Shown here one piece after another: positions 6,926 to 17,143 of a stretch of 64,000 bases of DNA (the first letter of the stretch is position 1; every line of letters starts with the position of its first letter). The translations under genes were made by a program, and so were the position numbers. The notes under the pieces are model-generated. The model did no database searches and had not been told where the DNA came from. It saw only the letters and a program-made list of their open reading frames with translations. The DNA is from Desulfuromonadales bacterium (GTDB taxonomy: Bacteria; Desulfobacterota; Desulfuromonadia; Desulfuromonadales; SZUA-540). Location: positions 128,001 to 192,000 of the forward strand of contig JAWSUS010000002.1 in assembly GCA_033549025.1 (NCBI GenBank). The letters run 5' to 3'.

Positions 6926-7010
6926 ATGACTCATTTATGGGGCTTATTTATCTAATATGATCCATATATGAGTCATTTTTCTTGACAGAACGATTTTCAC
7001 CCAGCATAGT
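6926..7010 (+). promoter_or_regulatory. hipBA-like promoter with paired operator palindromes
   Basis: ATGACTCATTTATGG (6926-6940) is inverted to CCATATATGAGTCAT (6962-6976) with 1 mismatch, directly upstream of TTGACA (6982)-17-CATAGT (7005). Confidence 0.7.
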
Positions 7011-7069
7011 CTTACAGACCAAATGCAGGATTGAACGGCTGCCACCAGAAACCGGGATTGAGAAAAACG

Positions 7070-7402
7070 ATGACGCAGGCACGGCCTTTTTCCAAATACA
7101 CCATAGAAGCGGTCAAGCTGCTCGGCAAGCAGATCCAGCTTGGACGCAAGCAACGTCGCTGGTCGGAAACCGAGCTTGCTGAGCGTGCCGGGATTGCCAG
7201 GGCGACTCTGCAGCGGATTGAAAAAGGGGACATGGCCTGCAAGATCGGGCTTGTCTTTGAAGTCGCGACGCTGGTCGGCATCAAACTGTTTGATGCGAAT
7301 AGCGAAACACTAAGAGGGCGAATCCATGAGGCCGACGAGCGGATCGCTCTGCTTCCCAAGCATATCCACCCCAGCAGAAAACCGGTCGACGATGAATTCT
7401 AA
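7070..7402 (+). CDS. hipB: HipB-like XRE-family HTH antitoxin
   Basis: RKQRRWSETELAERAGIARATLQRIEKGD HTH; overlaps the start of the HipA gene. Confidence 0.8.
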   Translation: MTQARPFSKYTIEAVKLLGKQIQLGRKQRRWSETELAERAGIARATLQRIEKGDMACKIGLVFEVATLVGIKLFDANSETLRGRIHEADERIALLPKHIHPSRKPVDDEF

Positions 7403-8708
7403 GCCAGAAAAATACACCGAAGCCTACGTCTGGATCTGGCTGCCGGGCGAAATCGAGCCGGTCGTCGCCGGAAAACTGACGGCGGAAAAGGACACGCTGG
7501 TTTTCAATTATGGAAAAAGCTATCTCGAACGAAACAACGCCATCGCCATCTATGACCTTGAGCTCCCTTTACGGCCGGGGGTGCTTCCCCTGCCAAAAGG
7601 GCTGACCATCCCCGGCTGCATCCGTGATGGAGCTCCAGACGCCTGGGGTCGGCGGGTGCTGCTGAACCGGTTGCTCGGGCGCAAAGGGAAAAACGCCGAC
7701 GTCTCGGGGTTGGACGAACTGACCTATCTGCTCGAATCTGGCTCCGACCGTATCGGAGCACTCGATTTCCAACGCTCACCGGTCGAATATGCGCCACGGT
7801 CCCCCGTGAACGCCTCTCTGGAAGAGTTACTCCGCTCCGCCGAGCGGGTTGAAAAAGGCATCCCCCTGAACGCAGACCTTGACGAAGCCTTGCATCATGG
7901 CAGCTCGATTGGCGGGGCACGCCCAAAGGCTCTCATCGAACATCAGAACAAAAAATACATCGCCAAATTTTCCTCGACGACCGACATCTACAGTGTCGTC
8001 AAGGCAGAATTTATTGCCATGCGCCTCGCTAAACGGAGCGGACTCCAGGCCGCTGAGGCGGAACTGACCACGGCCCTGGGCAAGGATGTCCTGCTGATTG
8101 AGCGCTTTGACCGCATATGGTGTAAAAAGGGCTGGCAACGACGCCCCATGCTTTCGGCCCTCACCCTGCTGGGCCTGGATGAAATGATGGCCCGCTACGC
8201 CAGCTACCAGGATCTGGCCGAGATTATTCGGCACAAATTCACCGAGGCACCGGCGACGCTGAAGGAGCTTTTTGCCCGCATCGTCTTCAACATCCTCGTC
8301 GGCAACACCGACGACCATGCCCGGAATCATGCGGCTTTCTGGAATGGCGAGACCCTATCCCTAACCCCGGCCTATGATATCTGCCCGCAAGGACGTAGCG
8401 GAAACGAGGCGACCCAAGCCATGCTGATCGGCGGAGACAATCGCATGAGCCGCATCTCTTCATGCCTTGAAGCCGCGCACCAATATCTTTTGTCACCAGC
8501 TGATGCCCGCGAGATTGTCAGCTATCAACTCACGATGATTGGTGATTGCTGGAATGATGTCTGCCAGCAGGCCGATCTGGGCGAAATCGATCGCAGATTG
8601 TTATGGGGTCGACAGTTTCTTAATCCCTTTGCCTTCGACGATCTGTCAGGTGAGAACGCCTCCTTGAGGACACTTTCTGACGAAACCAGAAAGAAAAACG
8701 CTCCTTGA
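7392..8708 (+). CDS. hipA: HipA-family kinase toxin
   Basis: PDAWGR, SIGGARPKA, LLIERFDR, GNTDDHARNH, LTPAYDI motifs. Confidence 0.9.
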   Translation: MNSKPEKYTEAYVWIWLPGEIEPVVAGKLTAEKDTLVFNYGKSYLERNNAIAIYDLELPLRPGVLPLPKGLTIPGCIRDGAPDAWGRRVLLNRLLGRKGKNADVSGLDELTYLLESGSDRIGALDFQRSPVEYAPRSPVNASLEELLRSAERVEKGIPLNADLDEALHHGSSIGGARPKALIEHQNKKYIAKFSSTTDIYSVVKAEFIAMRLAKRSGLQAAEAELTTALGKDVLLIERFDRIWCKKGWQRRPMLSALTLLGLDEMMARYASYQDLAEIIRHKFTEAPATLKELFARIVFNILVGNTDDHARNHAAFWNGETLSLTPAYDICPQGRSGNEATQAMLIGGDNRMSRISSCLEAAHQYLLSPADAREIVSYQLTMIGDCWNDVCQQADLGEIDRRLLWGRQFLNPFAFDDLSGENASLRTLSDETRKKNAP

Positions 8709-8896
8709 GAGCCTATTATGAAACCCACCACTTGCTGGGATTTCAAAACCATCACTGATCATTATTGTGCTCGGAGTCGAACCTGCTAGGCTTTGAAATT
8801 AATACGGGGCAGATTTTGCTCGCAAGTGCACCACCGCTTATTGCATACCTTCCGTCAGCGCCTCCATCCATTCACCCCCGTAAGGAGTTTTCCACA

Positions 8897-9643
8897 TTGG
8901 ATATTCCACGGATCTTCAACATTACCGAAAGTGCTCACCGCATTCATAACCCGTTCACACCCGAAAAGCTCGCCACTCTCGGCGCGGCGCTGCGGCTGGA
9001 AAAGGGAACCCGCGTGCTCGACCTCGGCAGCGGCTCGGGGGAGATGCTGTGCACCTGGGCACGCGATTACGGCGTCATCGGCACCGGCATCGACCTGAGC
9101 CCGTTGTTCACCGAGCAGGCGAAACACCGGGCTGCAGAACTCGGTGTCGCCAACCACGTCACGTTCATCCATGGCGATGCGGCCGGCTATGTTGCTGACG
9201 AGAAGGTAGGCGTGGCGGCCTGTCTTGGTGCTACGTGGATCGGTGGAGGCGTCGCCGGCACCATCGCGCTGCTGGCGCATAGCCTGCGCCCCGGGGGGAT
9301 CATCCTTGTCGGCGAACCCTACTGGCGGCAGCTGCCGCCGACGGAAGAGGTTGCCAAAGGGTGTCTTGCCGGCTCAATCGCCGACTTTCTGCTGCTGCCG
9401 GAGCTTCTGGCGTCTTTCGGCCACCTCGGCTACGACGTCGTCGAAATGGTTTTGGCCGACCAGGACAGCTGGGACCGATACGAGGCGGCCAAGTGGCTCA
9501 CCATGCGCCGATGGCTTGACGCCAACCCCGATGACGAACTCGCCAAAGAGGTTCGCGCCCAACTGACTTTGGAACCCGCGCGCTACGCCGCTTACACGCG
9601 TGAGTATCTCGGCTGGGGTGTGTTTGCGCTGATGACGCGGTGA
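8897..9643 (+). CDS. yjhP: YjhP-like class I SAM-dependent methyltransferase
   Basis: TTG start after SD TAAGGAG gives 248 aa starting MDIPRIFNITESAHRIHNPF; VLDLGSGSG motif; closely resembles E. coli YjhP as I recall it. Confidence 0.85.
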   Translation: MDIPRIFNITESAHRIHNPFTPEKLATLGAALRLEKGTRVLDLGSGSGEMLCTWARDYGVIGTGIDLSPLFTEQAKHRAAELGVANHVTFIHGDAAGYVADEKVGVAACLGATWIGGGVAGTIALLAHSLRPGGIILVGEPYWRQLPPTEEVAKGCLAGSIADFLLLPELLASFGHLGYDVVEMVLADQDSWDRYEAAKWLTMRRWLDANPDDELAKEVRAQLTLEPARYAAYTREYLGWGVFALMTR

Positions 9644-9671
9644 GAAGAGGATTGCCGGACAGGGAGAGGTC

Positions 9672-11018
9672 ATGAACGATTCCGAGGATCGCAAAACCGA
9701 ATACAAGGAAGATAGTTTGACCCTGTTGGGGGCCGTGTCTTTGGGGACGGGGGTCATGATCGGCGCCGGCATATTCGCCCTGACGGGCCAGATGGCGGAG
9801 ATGACCGGGCCGCTCTTTCCTTTGGCGTTTCTTTCGGCGGCTTTGATCGTGGCGTTCAGCGCCTACTCGTACGTGAAGATGTCCAACGCTTTCCCCTCGG
9901 CGGGAGGCATCGGCATGTATCTCTACAAGGCGTATGGCGGCACCTTGCCGACAGCTTTTCACGCCTTGCTGATGTATTTTTCGATGGTGATCGCGCAGAG
10001 TTTTCTGGCCCGCACCTTTGGTTCGTACACCGTTCAGCTTATGGAAGCGGGGGACCAGAGCCTGCTCGTTCCGGGACTGGGGATTGGTCTGCTGCTGGTG
10101 GCTTTCGTTATCAATTTGTCGGGCAACCGCCTGATTGAAGGGGTGGCTTCCTTTATTGGCCTGGTGAAAATCGGCGGCATTGTTCTCTTCGGCGTCGTCG
10201 GCGTATGGCTGGCCGACAACCTGGCGGTGGATTTCACCCGAACACCTTCCGAGTCGACGACCTCCGGCTTTCTGGCCGCCACGGCTCTGGGCATTCTCGC
10301 CTTTAAGGGCTTTACCACCATTACCAACAGCGGCTCAGAGCTTAAAGACCCCCATCGCAACGTGGGCAGGGCCATTACGATATCTATTGCCTTGTGCGTG
10401 GTTATTTACAGCCTGGTGGGGCTGGCGGTGGCCAGCAACCTCTCCCTCAGCGAAATTATCGCCACAAAGGATTATTCGCTCGCGGCGGCGGCCAAGCCGG
10501 TCCTGGGCAAGTCTGGCCTCTGGTTCACCGTCGTTTTAGCCATGGTGGCCACGGCGGGCGGGATCATTGCCAGCATTTTCGCGGTATCCAGAATGCTGGC
10601 CATGCTCACGGAAATGAAACTGGTCCCCCACAGTCATTTCGGCATGCCCGGCCCTATCCAGAAACACACCCTGGTCTACACCGTGGTTCTGGGCCTGGCA
10701 CTGACGGCATTCTTTGACCTGTCGCGGATCGCCGCCCTGGGCATCATTTTCTACCTGATCATGGATATTGCTGTTCATTGGGGCATCCTACGTTATTTGC
10801 GCCAGGACATCGAGGCCAAGGCGTGGGTGCTGATAACGGCCATTGTGCTCGATCTTGTCGTGCTCGCAGGATTTGTCTGGTTCAAACTGACGACGGATGC
10901 TCTGGTTGTCGGCGTGGCAGCCTTGGCCATGACCCTGATTCTGGTGGCTGAAAAAATCTTTCTCAGCCGCCAGCCTGCAACCGAAAGCGAGTCGGATACC
11001 GACCAGGAATCGGACTGA
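9672..11018 (+). CDS. APC-family amino acid permease
   Basis: GVMIGAGIF motif, PSAGG, about 12 TM helices. Confidence 0.88.
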   Translation: MNDSEDRKTEYKEDSLTLLGAVSLGTGVMIGAGIFALTGQMAEMTGPLFPLAFLSAALIVAFSAYSYVKMSNAFPSAGGIGMYLYKAYGGTLPTAFHALLMYFSMVIAQSFLARTFGSYTVQLMEAGDQSLLVPGLGIGLLLVAFVINLSGNRLIEGVASFIGLVKIGGIVLFGVVGVWLADNLAVDFTRTPSESTTSGFLAATALGILAFKGFTTITNSGSELKDPHRNVGRAITISIALCVVIYSLVGLAVASNLSLSEIIATKDYSLAAAAKPVLGKSGLWFTVVLAMVATAGGIIASIFAVSRMLAMLTEMKLVPHSHFGMPGPIQKHTLVYTVVLGLALTAFFDLSRIAALGIIFYLIMDIAVHWGILRYLRQDIEAKAWVLITAIVLDLVVLAGFVWFKLTTDALVVGVAALAMTLILVAEKIFLSRQPATESESDTDQESD

Positions 11019-11078
11019 AAGCCTGGGAGCGGGAACAGCGATGGAATTGAACTTTCCCCTTGTCATGGGAGGTTAAAA

Positions 11079-11486
11079 GTGAAGCACAATCTCTACATTG
11101 TCTGGAACGAGGCGAACAATACGGGCATCCCCATCATTGATGAGCAGCACCGGGCCATCATTTCAACCATCAACACGCTGCACTATTTCATTACGAACAA
11201 AAAGGAAGTTCACGAAATAAATTCCATTATTGTCGTGCTGGATCAATACACGAAATTTCATTTTTCCACGGAAGAGGGAATCATGAAAGATATTGAATTT
11301 CCAGACATTTCAGAACACATCAAATTTCATCATGCGTTGGCTGATACATCCAAAAAGGTCTCTATTCAGGTAAAAGAGGAGAATGACCCGGAAATTCTTC
11401 TGAGGTTTCTGAAGAATTGGTGGCTTGGCCACATCTGCGTTGAAGACCGAAAGTACGCGGACTTTTTGAAGGAAACTCAGAAGTAG
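11079..11486 (+). CDS. Bacteriohemerythrin
   Basis: W...TGIPIIDEQH, HFSTEE, EHIKFH, WWLGHICVED iron-ligand motifs. Confidence 0.9.
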   Translation: MKHNLYIVWNEANNTGIPIIDEQHRAIISTINTLHYFITNKKEVHEINSIIVVLDQYTKFHFSTEEGIMKDIEFPDISEHIKFHHALADTSKKVSIQVKEENDPEILLRFLKNWWLGHICVEDRKYADFLKETQK

Positions 11487-11517
11487 CCGTCAGCTGCAAC
11501 CTCCCTTCCCCCTGTCG

Positions 11518-12810
11518 TTACACTTCGCTTTTAGGTTTGGCCTTGCGGGGCTTCCGCCGTCGTCCCCGCCTTCGGCGGTTAGGCGCTTCGGCTGGCCTGG
11601 CCTCTTCCTGTTCGGCGGCTTTGGCCAGCGCCTTCTGCCAACTGGCGCCCAGCTCCTGCCCTTCTCCCAGCACTTTGGTCCACAGCATGAAAAGCTCGAG
11701 CACCTGCGGGGTAAGGGGATGGCGAAGCAGGCGTTGTTCGCCCCGCTTGCCGCGCCCGCGGGCCAGGCGGTAGCAGCCGACCAGCAGTTCGCGGGCCAGG
11801 TGACGGATGCCGTGGGCGACGTGAAAATAGCCGCAGTGGGGGGACAGCACCAGGTTGGCGATGCGCACGACCTCGGTGATGGGGGCCCCGTCGCCCTGGG
11901 GGCAGGCCCGCCAGAAGCGGGAGAGGTAAAGGGCGGCCAGGGCCAGGTGCTCTTCGATTGCCTGCCCGGAGGCGGTGCGCGCATCGATCAGACTCAGCAG
12001 CTCAAAGGTGTCATTGTCGGCCTCGAACCCCGCCATCAGATAAGAGAGCAGTCCCAGTGACTGGGCCTGGCGCAGCACATCGGCGGCGACCCGGTGTCGG
12101 AAGAGTTCCATGAGTTCTTCCCGAATGCGGGCCGGGGCCGCTTCGGCGATAAGGGGGGCCCGGGCATAGATGCCCTCGCGGGTCTGTTCGTCGAGAGAGA
12201 AGCCGAGCCGCGCGGCAAACTCGATGGCCCGCAGCATGCGCACGGGGTCTTCGGTAAAGCGAACCTCCGGCTTACCGATCACCCGGATGCGGCCAGCCCG
12301 CAGATCTTCGAGCCCGCCGACATAATCGATGATGGAGAAGTCGGCGATATCGTAGAAGAGGGCGTTAATGGTGAAGTCCCGGCGAAAGGCGTCCTCACAG
12401 GGGGTGCCGAAGACATTTTCGGCGAAGAAAAAATGATCATCCGGGTTTTCCGGCAGTTCGTCCTCGCGCGGCAGACGGCGGAAGGTGGCCACTTCCACCA
12501 GGCTGTCCCGGCCGAAACGAATATGGGCGAGCCGGAAGCGACGGCCGACGAGAAAACAGTTGCGGAACAGTTTTTTCACCTGGTTGGGCGTGGCGTCGGT
12601 GCCGACGTCAAAATCCTTGGGCGTGCGCCCCAGCAGCAGGTCGCGGACGCTGCCGCCGACGAGATAGGCCTTGTGCCCGTGGCTACGCAGCCGGTAAAGC
12701 ACCTTCAGCGTGTTTTCGTCGATCTGCTTGCGGGAGATGGTGTGTTCGCTGCGGGGCAGGATGACCGGTGCGGCCGCCTGTCGGGGTATGTTTTGGTGGT
12801 CTGGATTCAT
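11518..12810 (-). CDS. pcnB: Poly(A) polymerase I
   Basis: YLVGGSVRDLLLGRTPKDFDV, LVGRRFRLAHI signature, RRDFTINAL, EDPVRMLRA, Arg-rich tail. Confidence 0.9.
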   Translation of the reverse strand: MNPDHQNIPRQAAAPVILPRSEHTISRKQIDENTLKVLYRLRSHGHKAYLVGGSVRDLLLGRTPKDFDVGTDATPNQVKKLFRNCFLVGRRFRLAHIRFGRDSLVEVATFRRLPREDELPENPDDHFFFAENVFGTPCEDAFRRDFTINALFYDIADFSIIDYVGGLEDLRAGRIRVIGKPEVRFTEDPVRMLRAIEFAARLGFSLDEQTREGIYARAPLIAEAAPARIREELMELFRHRVAADVLRQAQSLGLLSYLMAGFEADNDTFELLSLIDARTASGQAIEEHLALAALYLSRFWRACPQGDGAPITEVVRIANLVLSPHCGYFHVAHGIRHLARELLVGCYRLARGRGKRGEQRLLRHPLTPQVLELFMLWTKVLGEGQELGASWQKALAKAAEQEEARPAEAPNRRRRGRRRKPRKAKPKSEV

Positions 12811-12992
12811 GAGGGGATCGTTTCCTGGTGTTTATCTCGCTGGCGCCTTCGGCGCACCGACTGCACAATCTAGCAAAAACCGCCGGAAGTGAAAAGGATT
12901 TATCCCGATCTGCACCGGCCGTTGATCTTTGTCGGGAAAAACCTTAGATTAACGGACGCGCCATTGATCATTGGCTTGCCATGGAGAGCAGC

Positions 12993-13898
12993 ATGTCCTT
13001 CAATCTTGTTGTCATACTCGGGCCCACGGCTTCGGGCAAAACCCGCCTGGGGGTCGAAGTGGCCCGCGCCTTGGGCGGCGAGATCATTTCCGCCGACTCG
13101 CGTCAGGTATATGTCGGCATGGATATCGGCACCGGCAAGGATCTGGAGGAATACGGCGAGGTGCCCTATCACCTGATCGACCTGGTGCCGCCGGGGCACG
13201 AATTCAACGTCTTCGAATTTCAGCGACGTTTCTACCAGGTTTTCGCCGAGATTCGTTCGCGCGGCGTTCTGCCGATTCTCGTCGGGGGCACCGGTCTCTA
13301 CCTCGACGCCGTTCTGCGCGGCTACCGGCTGGTGGAGGTCCCTGAAAATCCCGCTCTGCGCCACGAACTGGCACCTCTCTCCACCGAAGCGCTGCAGCAG
13401 CGTCTGCTGGAGCTGCGGCCTCAGCAGCACAACACCACGGACCTGGAGGATCGCGATCGCCTGATCCGGGCCATCGAAATCGCCGAGGGAGAAGCAGCCG
13501 CGGCCGCCACGCTGCCGCCGCCCCCCGAAATTCGTCCTCTGATCTTCGGCGTGCGCTGGCCGCGCGAGGTGCTGCGGCAGCGCATCACCCGGCGCCTGCG
13601 CGAGCGGCTGGAGCAGGGGCTGATCGAAGAGGTGGAAAGCCTGCGGCAGGCGGGGGTGCCTTTCGAGACGCTGGAGTTCTACGGGCTGGAATACCGCTAT
13701 GTCGCCCAATACCTGAAGGGGGAACTGAACCGCAACGACATGGTGCAGAAGCTTAACAGCGCCATCCACCAGTTCGCCAAGCGCCAGGAGACCTGGTTCC
13801 GCCGCATGGAGCGCCAGGGGACGACCATTCACTGGGTGGACGGCGGTGACAGATCGGCCGCGGCCATTCTCGCCGGCATCGGAGAAGCCGGGGCATGA
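12993..13898 (+). CDS. miaA: tRNA dimethylallyltransferase (MiaA, possibly a second paralog)
   Basis: GPTASGKT, IISADSRQVY, VGGTGLY, FAKRQETWF. Confidence 0.88.
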   Translation: MSFNLVVILGPTASGKTRLGVEVARALGGEIISADSRQVYVGMDIGTGKDLEEYGEVPYHLIDLVPPGHEFNVFEFQRRFYQVFAEIRSRGVLPILVGGTGLYLDAVLRGYRLVEVPENPALRHELAPLSTEALQQRLLELRPQQHNTTDLEDRDRLIRAIEIAEGEAAAAATLPPPPEIRPLIFGVRWPREVLRQRITRRLRERLEQGLIEEVESLRQAGVPFETLEFYGLEYRYVAQYLKGELNRNDMVQKLNSAIHQFAKRQETWFRRMERQGTTIHWVDGGDRSAAAILAGIGEAGA

Positions 13899-15160
13899 TC
13901 CCGGACAGCATTGGTCGCTACCTTCGCCGCCGGAGCATGGATGGCCCCTGGAAGCTGGAAGGGGCGACGGATCGCCTCTTTGCCGGCGCGGTGGTCATCC
14001 CCGCTCTGGCCGAGGGCGACCACCTTTTCGCCACCCTGGAGAGTCTGGCCGGCGCTACGCCGCCACCCCAGCCCTGGCTGATCATCGTGGTCGTCAACCA
14101 CCGCCGCCAGACGGACCCGCACCGCCAGCAGGTCAACCGGGACGATCTGGACCGGCTGCGCCACAGCGGCGGTTCTTTCCACGGCCTCCCCCTGGCCTGG
14201 GTCGATGCCGCCACCGATGGCCGGGAACTTCCCGACAAAGACGGCGTCGGGCTGGCCCGCAAGATCGGCTTCGACCTAGCCCTGCCCTGTCTCGATTATC
14301 GTGGTGCCCCCCCTTTGCTCGCCTCCCTCGACGCCGACACCCTGGTGCGACCCGACTACTTTCTTGCCCTGCTCCGGCATTTTCCCCAGACCAGGGCGGG
14401 GGCCGCCGTCATTCCTTTTTGCCACCAGCCCGCCGACACCGCGGAAGGGCAAGCCGCCATCGACCGCTACGAGCTCTATCTGCATCACTATGCCCTGGGG
14501 CTCGAGCTGGCCGGCTCGCCCTACGCCTTCTGGACCGTCGGCAGCGCCCTGAGCTTTCGGGCCGAGGCCTACGCCCGCATGGGGGGCATGAACCGCCGCC
14601 AGGCCGGGGAAGATTTCTACTTTCTGCAGCAGATGGCGAAAACGGCCGGGGTCGCCCGCCTGCAGGGCACCGAGGTTTATCCTTCTCCCCGCCTCTCCGA
14701 TCGTACCCCTTTCGGCACCGGGCCGACCGTCGGCCGTCTGCTGGCCGGCGAGCCAGAGGCCGTGCGATTCTACCACCCGGAGTGCTTCCGGCTGCTGGCC
14801 CGTTGGCTGGACCTGGCCGGCAGCGCGTCGGTGCACCCGGCGACCGAAGTCCTCGCGCAGGCCCGCCGCCTCTCCAACGATCTGGGCGATTTTCTGGACG
14901 GGAACGACTTCGGCTCGGTGTGGGAGCGGCTGCAAAAAAATCATCCGCAACAGGAAGGCTTTCGGCGGGCTTTTCACGGCTGGTTCGACGGGTTGAAAAC
15001 CTTGCAGCTTATCCATTGGATGAGTGATCGCCGGTTCGGCCGTCTGGCACCGCCGGCAGCCCTGCCTCCCCTGCTGGCCTGGGCCGGACTGCCGCCTGCC
15101 GACCACTCCGCAGCGCAGCTTGCCGCCCTCAGGCGTCACATGGCCGGCACCTCGACTTAA
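13895..15160 (+). CDS. GT-A fold (GT2-like) glycosyltransferase-like protein
   Basis: VVIPALAE, GVGLARKIG, LDAD (DxD), GEDFYF motifs; ATGA overlap with miaA. Confidence 0.6.
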   Translation: MIPDSIGRYLRRRSMDGPWKLEGATDRLFAGAVVIPALAEGDHLFATLESLAGATPPPQPWLIIVVVNHRRQTDPHRQQVNRDDLDRLRHSGGSFHGLPLAWVDAATDGRELPDKDGVGLARKIGFDLALPCLDYRGAPPLLASLDADTLVRPDYFLALLRHFPQTRAGAAVIPFCHQPADTAEGQAAIDRYELYLHHYALGLELAGSPYAFWTVGSALSFRAEAYARMGGMNRRQAGEDFYFLQQMAKTAGVARLQGTEVYPSPRLSDRTPFGTGPTVGRLLAGEPEAVRFYHPECFRLLARWLDLAGSASVHPATEVLAQARRLSNDLGDFLDGNDFGSVWERLQKNHPQQEGFRRAFHGWFDGLKTLQLIHWMSDRRFGRLAPPAALPPLLAWAGLPPADHSAAQLAALRRHMAGTST

Positions 15161-15244
15161 AAAATCTAAATTTTCTTTGAATTTAAACGGTTTTTTTAAT
15201 ATATTGCCTGTTTAGGAAAATGACCTTCACTGATTGAGGCTCTT

Positions 15245-15619
15245 ATGGGACAGGAAATAAGCGACCAACCGGTACGGGAGAAAGCCGACCCGAGGAAAAA
15301 CCTGCGTTCCCCGCTGATCGCCCTGCGGGTTCGCATGGACGATGGACAGAAGTCCTTTTTCGGCTATACCAAGAATATCAGCCGCAGTGGCATTTTCATC
15401 GGCACCGTCAACCCCCGGGAACCCGGCAGTCAATTCCGGGTGGAGATCCCCCTGCCCTCGCCGTTGAACCGAACGATCGAGTGCACCTGCGAAGTCGTCT
15501 GGAAACGTCACTTTACCAAAGGCGCTCCCTACGAACCCGGCATGGGACTCAGATTTACCGACCTGCCGGATGAAATCGCCAACGCCATTGACACGTGGAT
15601 CGACAGCCAGGAGGGCTAG
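15245..15619 (+). CDS. Single-domain PilZ protein
   Basis: RKNLR (RxxxR) and NISRSG motifs; GMGLRF. Confidence 0.85.
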   Translation: MGQEISDQPVREKADPRKNLRSPLIALRVRMDDGQKSFFGYTKNISRSGIFIGTVNPREPGSQFRVEIPLPSPLNRTIECTCEVVWKRHFTKGAPYEPGMGLRFTDLPDEIANAIDTWIDSQEG

Positions 15620-15776
15620 TTAGCCCCTTTACCCCTCACCTTTCTCACCGCTTCAGGGCCTGGCGCAAGTCGGAGGCGGTTTCCAAGCCGACCGCCCCTT
15701 TCCGGACCCATACGACGACATCCACCATCCGCCTCCTTTCCTGCCTTCACTTGCAACCCGCAACAGGAGTTTTTCC

Positions 15777-17078
15777 GTGAAAAAATCATCTTTGCTCGTT
15801 ATTTTGCTGCTGGTCGCCCTCGGCGCCGGGGCATTTTACTACTTCCGCGACACCAGCGCCCCGACGGTCACCCTCTCACCCGATAGCGGCGCCGTCTCCC
15901 CCGCCCGCCCCCTCGAACTGCATCTTGAAGACACCGGGGCCGGCATCAGAGAGCTGACCGTCGCCCTGCTGCAACAGGGCGCTGCCAATACCCTGCTGAG
16001 CAAAACCTATCCCGCCGGAACCAGCACGATTCGGGAGGACTTGAACCTTGCTGAAACCAGCCTGGCGGAAGGGCCCTTTGAAATCCTGATCACCGCCGGG
16101 GATCATGCCGTCTATCATTTCGGCAAGGGCAACCGGGTCGAGCAGAGTTTCTCCTTTTCCCTTGACCGGACCCCGCCTCTGGCCACCGTCATCAGCACCG
16201 GACACAATTTCGTGCAGGGGGGCGCCTCCCTCGTCACCTTCCGTCTCGCCGAAGAGGTCAGCCAGGCCGGTATCGTCTTTGCCGATCGTTTCATCCCTGC
16301 CCACCGCCAGGATTCCGGACTCTATGCCTGCCTGGTGCCTTTTCCCAACGACCTGCCCGAAAAGGATTTCGTCCCCCGCATACAGGCCGTCGATCTGGCC
16401 GGCAACGAAGCGATGACCGGCATCTTCTACCGGGCCAAGGAGCAGACCTTCCGGCAGCGCCGCATCAACATCGATGACCGCTTCCTGCAGGCCAAAACCC
16501 CTGAGTTCAAGGCCCTGGTGCCCGAGGCCGGCACCCCGGTGGACATCTTTTTAGCCGTTAACCGCCAGCTGCGCCAGAGCAACCGGGAAAAACTGACCGA
16601 GTTTGCCCGGCAGACCTCGGCCGCCCCCCTGTGGGAAGGCGTTTTTCTCCGTCAGCCCCAGTCGGCCACTCTCGCCCTGTTCGGGGACCGCCGCAGCTAC
16701 TACTACAACGACCAGAAGATCGACAGCCAGATTCACCTCGGCATCGACCTCGCCTCCGTCGCCCAGGCCCCGGTTCATGCCGCCAACGCCGGGCGTGTGG
16801 TCTTCGCCGGCTATCTGGGGATCTATGGCCAGTGCGTCATCATCGACCACGGCCTTGGTCTGCAGACCCTGTACGGACATCTGAGCAAAATTGACGTGGC
16901 GCAGGATGAGACGGTGGGCAAAAACCAGGTTATCGGCAACACCGGCCTGACCGGCATGGCGGGAGGGGATCACCTGCACTTCGGCGTCGTCGTGGCCGGT
17001 GTGCCGGTCAATCCCATCGAATGGTGGGATGCCCAATGGCTGAAGAACAATGTCGATTCCCGTCTGTCCGCTCCCTGA
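15777..17078 (+). CDS. M23-family metallopeptidase
   Basis: N-terminal anchor; HLGID, YGHLS, HLHF zinc motifs. Confidence 0.9.
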   Translation: MKKSSLLVILLLVALGAGAFYYFRDTSAPTVTLSPDSGAVSPARPLELHLEDTGAGIRELTVALLQQGAANTLLSKTYPAGTSTIREDLNLAETSLAEGPFEILITAGDHAVYHFGKGNRVEQSFSFSLDRTPPLATVISTGHNFVQGGASLVTFRLAEEVSQAGIVFADRFIPAHRQDSGLYACLVPFPNDLPEKDFVPRIQAVDLAGNEAMTGIFYRAKEQTFRQRRINIDDRFLQAKTPEFKALVPEAGTPVDIFLAVNRQLRQSNREKLTEFARQTSAAPLWEGVFLRQPQSATLALFGDRRSYYYNDQKIDSQIHLGIDLASVAQAPVHAANAGRVVFAGYLGIYGQCVIIDHGLGLQTLYGHLSKIDVAQDETVGKNQVIGNTGLTGMAGGDHLHFGVVVAGVPVNPIEWWDAQWLKNNVDSRLSAP

Positions 17079-17103
17079 GTCCGGGCGGGCAAAACACCAA
17101 AAG

Positions 17104-17138
17104 CAAGGGCCTGGTCGCGACAGCGATCAGGCCCTTTG
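17104..17138. terminator. Hairpin terminator between convergent genes
   Basis: AAGGGCCTGGTCGC-GACA-GCGATCAGGCCCTT. Confidence 0.7.
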
Positions 17139-17143
17139 TGGTT

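Noticed and set aside
8740..8799. Imperfect inverted repeat ATTTCAAAACC/GGCTTTGAAAT after hipA
   Set aside because: Short, AT-rich and widely spaced; could be chance.
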